Positions 1-5,393 of a DNA stretch of 5,393 nt are shown here, piece by piece (position 1 is the first letter of the stretch; the number at the start of each line of letters is the position of its first letter). A program made the translations under genes and the position numbers. Under the pieces are notes generated by a model that was given only the letters and a program-made list of their open reading frames with translations, did no database searches and was not told where the DNA came from. The stretch is from assembly GCA_009103225.1 (NCBI GenBank), contig RHPI01000772.1:144875-150267 (forward strand), in the 5' to 3' direction. Source of the stretch: Chlorokybus atmophyticus (lineage: Eukaryota; Plantae; Mesostigma and Chlorokybus algae).

Positions 1-24
1 GCGTTTTGTGTGTGCAGAGTCACA

Positions 25-1377
25 ATGGATGCTCCAGCAGCAGCAGTAATGCGAGGCATGTTACTGGCCATCATTGGGGCGTTGATCGCCACAATCAGGC
101 AGGCGTTGACCAGTCACCAAGCTCGGCGTCAGCGTTTGCTATCCTTGCCAGCAGATGGAGAGGACATGCACTCCACAAGCACTGCATGGGCGGCTGTTGC
201 TACGATGCGAGAGCATGTCAGCATTTGGTATTGCTTTCCGCGGACACAAGCGTGGTTTGATAGAGTCGTGTCTGTACATTGGCCTGATGCTATGTGGAAG
301 ACTCACTTTCGTTCGAGTGCAGCTTCATTCAATGCATTGTGCCAGGCCTTATCTAACACTGAGTTATTTAAAATCGATACACGCTTTAGAGAAGCGATAC
401 CATTGCATAAGCGGGTTGCCATAGGGTTGCATAGGCTTGGACATGGTACCCCTTATCATGTGTTAGGTGAGTTGATGGGTGTAAGCACTGCTAGTGCTTG
501 CCAAATTTGTGAGCAGTTTGTGCGAGTTGTCAGTGCAGAACTGCGTGTGTTAATAGCATGGCCGGAGGGTGCGCGCTTGAGGCAAGTAATGGCGCGTTGG
601 GAGGGTAAAGGATTCCCAGGCTGCGTAGGCGCTATAGATGGCAGTCACATTATGATCAAGAAGCCGACTACTCCACACGCTGCTGATTACTTCAACCGCA
701 AAGGCAGCTACTCCATCATCCTTCAAGTAAGCGTGTACCTATCTATGCAACCTATGCAAGTATGACCCATGCATTGTGTCGCCACAAGTTGTGTCGTACA
801 TAAAACTGCATGCGTGCTGCAGGCCGTGGTCGATTACGACCTGCATTTCACCCATATCGACATTGGCTGGCCCGGCAGTGTGCATGATGCAAGGGTGTTC
901 AGCAGTTCCGGGTTGTATCGATCCATTTACCAAGACAAGACCATCATGCAAGAGCCCATCCTGACACTTGACTCTGGTGATCGTGTGACCCCTTACATTC
1001 TCGGTGATGCTGCATACCCGTTAACTCAACACCTGATCGTGCCCTACCCTGGACAGCGTGATGCTTTACCTGAGTGGCAGAGTGTTTTCAACTTTCGCCA
1101 CTCGTCCGCACGCATGGCTGTTGAACGAGCGTTCGGGGTGCTAAAAAGCAGGTGGCGCATCTTGAAGGAGACTATCAGTAGCGACGTGTTGTCCGTGCCT
1201 TATGTTATTGGTGCATGTTGTGTACTTCACAACTTCTGTGTTAGAGCGGGGGAGGAGCCTTTAGACTATGCGCTAGATGCTGATGGAGATATGGCCCTGC
1301 ATGCTACTGCAGACAATGACAACCTGGACAACACTGGTAGCTTGGTCAGAGACCTACTAGCGGAACAATTCATGTAG
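25..1377 (+). CDS. Harbinger/PIF DDE transposase (HARBI1-like, DDE_Tnp_4 family); exons 25-726 and 823-1377, about 418 aa
   Basis: Joined translation shows family motifs REAIPLHKRVAIGLHRL (HTH region), GAIDGSHI, YFNRKGSYS, GWPGSVHDARV, ILGDAAYPL, FNFRHSSARMAVERAFGVLKSRW and ACCVLHNFC. Catalytic D (637-639), D (1006-1008) and E (1123-1125) are present. The start is uncertain because an upstream exon is possible. Confidence 0.93.
727..822 (+). other. Spliceosomal intron in the transposase gene (96 nt, phase 0)
   Basis: CAA|GTAAGC donor and GCTGCAG|GCC acceptor. Removal skips the TGA at 763-765 and restores YSIILQ-AVVDY. Confidence 0.9.
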
Positions 1378-1413
1378 TGCAAATTGCTATCACGTTGCAA
1401 CACTAACCCTACT

Positions 1414-1420
1414 TGTAACA
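1414..1420. terminator. Possible overlapping poly(A) signals: TGTAA (+, 1414-1418) and TGTTA (-, 1420-1416)
   Basis: Located in the 92-bp gap between the two convergent stop codons. UGUAA is the chlorophyte poly(A) signal. Short motif that could be chance. Confidence 0.3.
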
Positions 1421-1469
1421 TTGTTCCCTGCTACAGATACATAATGCATGATTTTGCTACAACATGCCC

Positions 1470-3536
1470 TCAAACGGAACGCAGTGTCATAATAGCCTCA
1501 CTCAGCATTTTTCCTAGACTTAAAATAGCTGAGCACTGCTTATCCCCCTCTGCCTTAAGTGCTGCTAGCTCTATCTGCTTGGCAGCTGCCTCCCTTTCGG
1601 CGCGCTCCGCTGCCATACGTTCCTGCTGCTCACACTGGCGGTTGATCGCGTCACTAATGGAAGAGACCTTGGCCTTGCGCTTCTTACCCGTGGTGCCAGC
1701 AGTCTCATCTAGAATAGCACAACGTAAGCATGCTATTGCCAAGTGTGAGGCAGTCTTGCTTGACAACATGAACATACCTTGGCAAGTCTTTGATGGCTCC
1801 TCCTCACCTCCCCCGGCGGTGAAAGAGGTGGGTGGCTCTGCAGCTGCGGTGCTGCCCAACGCGTCCTCCATCAACTCGTAGACACGGATGTTGTTGCCCA
1901 GCAAGTTGTTGGGCACTTCCCACTCCTTCTTGTGATCTACCTCAAGGCTGAAGTAGTCGGGTGCGCCTGACCGCCTAGCAAAGCGACGGATCTCATAGTA
2001 TTGCGATCTCATGTTGCTCCACCTGTAGCCCATGCACATGTTAGCAAGGCGCACTACCCACTCACATACACGAACCCTGGCTGCATACATACGTTCAAAT
2101 GCACACAACAACCAGCAAGTGGCTGACCTATCATCGCACTGAGCGGGTGTGCGCTCGAACACCCCATTGGCTGCCTCGGCAAGCTTAGATGCAGCTGCTG
2201 CAATCTCCTTCCACTTCAAGGTCTTGTTCTTGCTTGCTTGGTAAACGCCGGTGGCCCACTTCTCGTGGGACTCCTTGTGTGCAGCAATCAACCAAATGCT
2301 TTCCGCTGCACTCCACGTTCCTGCACGCTTTTTGCCTGCACAGTACACGCCGGGCAGTCATGCAAGCACCTACTCTCATTCTACACACCTGCACGCGCGC
2401 AGCCTCTAGCCATGCACATGTACAAACTTCAACACTGACTGTGCACGTGCACGCAGGTGCTGTGAGTGTGCACACACATGCACGCTAGCAGATTCTGACT
2501 GTGAACACACACGCACAATTATTGTATCACCATGCACACACATGCAAGCACCTATCAATCTACACACCTGCACGCGCACAGCCTCTAGCCATGCACATGT
2601 ACAAACTTCAACACTGACTGTGCACGTGCATGCAGGTGCTGTGAGTGTGCACACACATGCATGCTAGCAGATTCTGACTGTGCACACACATGCACAGTTA
2701 TTGTATCACCATGCACGCACATGCACGAATTGCTTGACTCTACACACACATACATCACAGCACACAAACACATTCGCACTGCGCACACGTGCACATTCTA
2801 GCACATGCATGCAGCACGCAAGCTCATCCAGACTGTGCACACACGTGTACCTGCTGCTGCAGGCGTGGCCTTCTTCTTCTTCGAAGGGGCACTTCGCGCA
2901 ACATGCTCAGACGTTGGGCAATGCACCGGCGCAGTTTCGGAGTGCGCGGGGGGCTCTTGAGCCGGAATGGGCTCAGTCGGCACGGTGCTGGGCGGCGAGT
3001 CGGGGCGTGCGTCTGGCCAAGACATTGCGGGTGCTGGGATGGGCATCTGCAGATCGGAATCACGCCACTGAGTGATGCATGAATTGAATGCACGCACGCA
3101 CGCATGCAAGCTCACTCGCACACACACACACGCACTCACATCTGCAATTACACTCTCACACACACGCACACACTCACAAGTACAATCACACTCTCACACT
3201 CACGCACGCACGCACTATACTGCACTGCACATACACGCACGCACTCACATACGCAATCACACTCTTACACACACGCACAAACACACACACACACATACGC
3301 ATGAACACACACGCACGCACGCATGCACGCACGTGCAATCACACCTGCACCAGACGAGGTCCTGTGGCTGGGTTGGGAGGGATGTGCTGCAGTAGCTCAT
3401 GCGCTCGCTGCGCCCAATAGCCATCAAGGGTTACATCCGGTGACGTGGACGCAGCATAGTGCAGTCTACCTGGTGCAGCAGTGGGTTGACTAGCTTGCAT
3501 TGCATGCCACAGATGCTGCATGTGCTGAGCGTCCAT
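1470..3536 (-). CDS. Myb/SANT-like (trihelix-type) DNA-binding protein, Harbinger ORF1; exons 3536-3345, 3046-2851, 2335-2128, 2022-1778, 1708-1470; about 359 aa
   Basis: Spliced model gives 1080 nt in one frame with GT-AG introns. Trihelix pattern WSAAESIWLI...KWKEIA...RTPAQCDDR|WSNMRSQY is restored by removing 2127-2023. Has basic NLS-like runs (KKKK, KKR, KKRK), a Pro/Ala-rich N-terminus and an E/A/R-rich coiled-coil-like C-terminus. Exons 1-2 are less certain than exons 3-5 (alternative in-frame acceptor before 3067). Confidence 0.8.
1709..1777 (-). other. Myb gene intron 4 (69 nt, in frame, stop-free)
   Basis: CAAG|GTATGT donor, TTCTAG|AT acceptor and a GCTTAC branch-like motif; phases match. 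Could be retained because it has no stop. Confidence 0.6.
2023..2127 (-). other. Myb gene intron 3 (105 nt, in frame, stop-free)
   Basis: AG|GTCAGC donor, GCTAAC branch point and CTACAG|G acceptor. Interrupts the conserved QC..RW.NM helix. Confidence 0.85.
2336..2850 (-). other. Myb gene intron 2 (515 nt)
   Basis: CAG|GTACAC donor and TGTGCAG|GC acceptor; phase 1 at both ends gives ...PAAA-G-KKRAGTW. Confidence 0.7.
2359..2760. repeat. Tandem duplication with a unit of about 179-182 bp (units 2359-2540 and 2541-2719, plus a degenerate partial third) inside Myb intron 2
   Basis: AGCCTCTAGCCATGCACATGTACAAACTTCAACACTGACTGTGCACGTGCA occurs at 2401 and 2580 (offset 179). Confidence 0.9.
3047..3344 (-). 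repeat. Myb intron 1 (298 nt), filled with CA/CACG low-complexity alternating purine-pyrimidine sequence
   Basis: GTGCAG|GTGTGA donor and TCTGCAG|ATG acceptor, both phase 0. The degenerate (CA)n/(CACG)n tract explains the HTHT-rich spurious ORFs. Confidence 0.75.
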
Positions 3537-3921
3537 AGCAAGCAACACAACAAACCACCTCGCAATGCCACCGCCTCCGCCTGCCCTGCGAACTCCGCCG
3601 TCGCAGTCTTACAAAAACCCCAGCGCCGGCATGTTTGAAATACACGACAAAAGGCGGAGTATCAGCTCAGGCTTTGTCGTCCACTCAGACGCGACCGCAA
3701 CTGCCGCGGCCCCCCTTAACATTTCCTAAAGCCGCTCGGGAGGTGGTTTAGGAAAAGTTGATAATGCACTGCAATGCATTGCAGACAAATAGCCACGCTG
3801 GCATCGAGGTTAAGCAGCTCGATACTAACCGGCGGCCTAATCGACTAGTGTAACTGGTGCCTCCATTAGGTTAGAACGAAAAGCGCCGCCACGTTTGATA
3901 ACTGCGAGGCTCGAACCTTAG

Positions 3922-3935
3922 GTGTAAAGACCCTC
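3922..3935 (-). repeat. Putative TIR of copy A (GAGGGTCTTTACAC read inward)
   Basis: Directly abuts TAA. G-start with TTT at positions 8-10 resembles PIF/Harbinger TIR layout (compare maize PIF GGGCCCGTTTGTTT). TIR length cannot be fixed without the other end. Confidence 0.75.
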
Positions 3936-3941
3936 TAAGAG
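3933..3941 (+). other. Junction 9-mer CTC-TAA-GAG (TAA at 3936-3938 is TSD-like)
   Basis: Reverse complement CTCTTAGAG fits the PIF target consensus CWCTTAGWG. Repeated directly at 4031-4039. Confidence 0.8.
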
Positions 3942-4030
3942 CGCTTTTGGTTCTAACCTAATGGAGGCACCAGTTACACTAGTCGATTAGGTCGCCGGTT
4001 AGTATCGAGCTGCTTAACCTCGATGCCAGC
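3942..4030 (+). repeat. 89-nt filler copied from subterminal sequence 4087-4175 (direct) / 3797-3885 (inverted)
   Basis: Identical to 4087-4175 (offset 145) except 3992 T vs 4137 C. G3941 also matches G4086. Confidence 0.95.
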
Positions 4031-4039
4031 CTCTAAGAG
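4031..4039 (+). other. Second junction 9-mer CTC-TAA-GAG (TAA at 4034-4036)
   Basis: Direct repeat of 3933-3941; TAA immediately precedes the copy B terminus. Confidence 0.8.
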
Positions 4040-4050
4040 GGTCTTTACAC
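4037..4050 (+). repeat. Putative TIR of copy B (GAGGGTCTTTACAC)
   Basis: Exact reverse complement of 3922-3935, preceded by TAA. Confidence 0.75.
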
Positions 4051-4435
4051 CTAAGGTTCGAGCCTCGCAGTTATCAGACGTGGCGGCGCTTTTGGTTCTA
4101 ACCTAATGGAGGCACCAGTTACACTAGTCGATTAGGCCGCCGGTTAGTATCGAGCTGCTTAACCTCGATGCCAGCGTGGCTATTTGTCTGCAATGCATTG
4201 CAGTGCATTATCAACTTTTCCTAAACCACCTCCCGAGCGGCTTTAGGAAATGTTAAGGGGGGCCGCGGCAGTTGCGGTCGCGTCTGAGTGGACGACAAAG
4301 CCTGAGCTGATACTCCGCCTTTTGTCGTGTATTTCAAACATGCCGGCGCTGGGGTTTTTGTAAGACTGCGACGGCGGAGTTCGCAGGGCAGGCGGAGGCG
4401 GTGGCATTGCGAGGTGGTTTGTTGTGTTGCTTGCT

Positions 4436-5121
4436 ATGGACGCTCAGCACATGCAGCATCTGTGGCATGCAATGCAAGCTAGTCAACCCACTGCTGCACC
4501 AGGTAGACTGCACTATGCTGCGTCCACGTCACCGGATGTAACCCTTGATGGCTATTAGGCGCAGCGAGCGCATGAGCTACTGCAGCACATCCCTCCCAAC
4601 CCAGCCACAGGACCTCGTCTGGTGCAGGTGTGATTGCACGTGCGTGCATGCGTGCGTGCGTGTGTGTTCATGCGTATGTGTGTGTGTGTGTTTGTGCGTG
4701 TGTGTAAGAGTGTGATTGCGTATGTGAGTGCGTGCGTGTATGTGCAGTGCAGTATAGTGCGTGCGTGCGTGAGTGTGAGAGTGTGATTGTACTTGTGAGT
4801 GTGTGCGTGTGTGTGAGAGTGTAATTGCAGATGTGAGTGCGTGTGTGTGTGTGCGAGTGAGCTTGCATGCGTGCGTGCGTGCATTCAATTCATGCATCAC
4901 TCAGTGGCGTGATTCCGATCTGCAGATGCCCATCCCAGCACCCGCAATGTCTTGGCCAGACGCACGCCCCGACTCGCCGCCCAGCACCGTGCCGACTGAG
5001 CCCATTCCGGCTCAAGAGCCCCCCGCGCACTCCGAAACTGCGCCGGTGCATTGCCCAACGTCTGAGCATGTTGCGCGAAGTGCCCCTTCGAAGAAGAAGA
5101 AGGCCACGCCTGCAGCAGCAG
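4436..5121 (+). pseudogene. Mirror copy of Myb exons 1-2 (4436-4627, 4926-5121) with premature TAG at codon 41
   Basis: TAT TAG GCG at 4553-4561 versus TAT TGG GCG in copy A (TGG at 3416-3414). Depends on the exon 1 model being right. Confidence 0.7.
4628..4925 (+). repeat. Mirror of Myb intron 1, GT/GTGC low-complexity tract
   Basis: Exact reverse complement of 3047-3344. Confidence 0.85.
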
Positions 5122-5393
5122 GTACACGTGTGTGCACAGTCTGGATGAGCTTGCGTGCTGCATGCATGTGCTAGAATGTGCACGTGTGCGCAGTGCGAAT
5201 GTGTTTGTGTGCTGTGATGTATGTGTGTGTAGAGTCAAGCAATTCGTGCATGTGCGTGCATGGTGATACAATAACTGTGCGTGTGTGTGCACAGTCAGAA
5301 TCTGCTAGCGTGCATGTGTGTGCACACTCACAGCACCTGCGTGCACGTGCACAGTCAGTGTTGAAGTTTGTACATGTGCATGGCTAGAGGCTG

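Larger units (their letters stand above)
1..3935. mobile_element. PIF/Harbinger DNA transposon, copy A (transposase plus Myb-like gene); other end lies upstream of the window
   Basis: Two-gene content diagnostic of PIF/Harbinger (DDE_Tnp_4-type transposase plus Myb/SANT protein). Ends in ...GTGTAAAGACCCTC followed by TAA, the family's typical 3-bp TSD. Confidence 0.9.
2579..5393. repeat. Long inverted repeat: left arm 2579-3935, right arm 4037-5393 (at least 1357 bp each, about 99.6% identical), 101-bp centre
   Basis: Base-by-base reverse-complement comparison (x pairs with 7972-x). Mismatches only at 2631/5341, 2662/5310, 2691/5281, 3415/4557, 3878/4094 and 3895/4077. Mirror ORFs in the track agree. 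Confidence 0.98.
4037..5393. mobile_element. PIF/Harbinger copy B (inverted, same end as copy A), truncated by the window edge
   Basis: Mirror of 2579-3935: terminus, subterminal/promoter region, Myb exons 1-2 and part of intron 2. Confidence 0.9.

Noticed and set aside
467-472. GTGAGT donor-like motif in transposase exon 1
   Set aside because: The frame is open and aligns with the family motif (YHVLGELMGVSTAS); no intron is needed.
6-964. Short overlapping ORFs 6-260, 155-424, 739-951 and 776-964
   Set aside because: Alternative-frame or antisense shadows of the transposase with no recognisable motifs.
1-1377. Domesticated HARBI1/ALP1/HDP1-type host gene
   Set aside because: The full DDE triad, adjacent Myb partner and TIR plus TAA terminus indicate a genuine transposon, so no gene symbol is assigned.
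2389-2638. Candidate 71-nt internal exons (ACAG|...GCAG|GTGTGT) in each tandem unit (2638-2568, 2459-2389)
   Set aside because: Including one or both shifts the frame between exons 2 and 3; direct phase-1 joining already works.
2185-2794. Several Cys/Val-rich ORFs repeated two to three times (MCTLTAPACTCTV..., MHVCAVRM...)
   Set aside because: Products of the intronic 179-bp duplication and the inverted arm; low complexity.
3072-3420. His/Thr-rich ORFs (HTHTH...) and their mirrors at 4555-4900
   Set aside because: Translation of CA-repeat low-complexity intron sequence; no domain-like content.
3537-3720. Myb gene core promoter
   Set aside because: It must lie between the ATG and the TIR, but I found no convincing TATA box or initiator to call coordinates.
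3936-4036. Pure sequencing fold-back artefact
   Set aside because: The arms differ at six sites, the axis coincides with TIR/TAA boundaries and the centre holds templated filler. An artefact is unlikely but not excluded without reads.
3797-4175. CRISPR-like repeat/spacer array
   Set aside because: Only three copies of a 90-nt segment in mixed orientation, explained by the palindrome and filler; eukaryotic intron-containing context.

Overview
Eukaryotic DNA made up almost entirely of a PIF/Harbinger DNA transposon. Left part: an apparently intact DDE transposase gene (+, 25-1377, one intron, about 418 aa) faces a five-exon Myb/SANT (trihelix-type) partner gene (-, 3536-1470, about 359 aa). 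The element ends at a TIR-like terminus (3922-3935) followed by TAA. Right part: a second copy of the same element end starts at 4037 in the opposite orientation and runs off the window. This makes a head-to-head inverted duplication with arms of at least 1357 bp (x pairs with 7972-x; 6 substitutions and no indels by manual comparison). The centre is highly structured. Both termini sit in the 9-mer CTC-TAA-GAG, which matches the PIF target consensus and is partly built from the TIR's own terminal bases. Between the two 9-mers lies an 89-nt filler copied from the element's subterminal region. The mirror Myb copy has a nonsense change (W41*). The most novel-looking idea is a transposon whose ends regenerate its own target site, stacking into a palindromic dimer whose centre was then interrupted. 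This is inference and needs the flanks and raw reads. The other element end(s) lie outside the window, and the host lineage cannot be determined with confidence.
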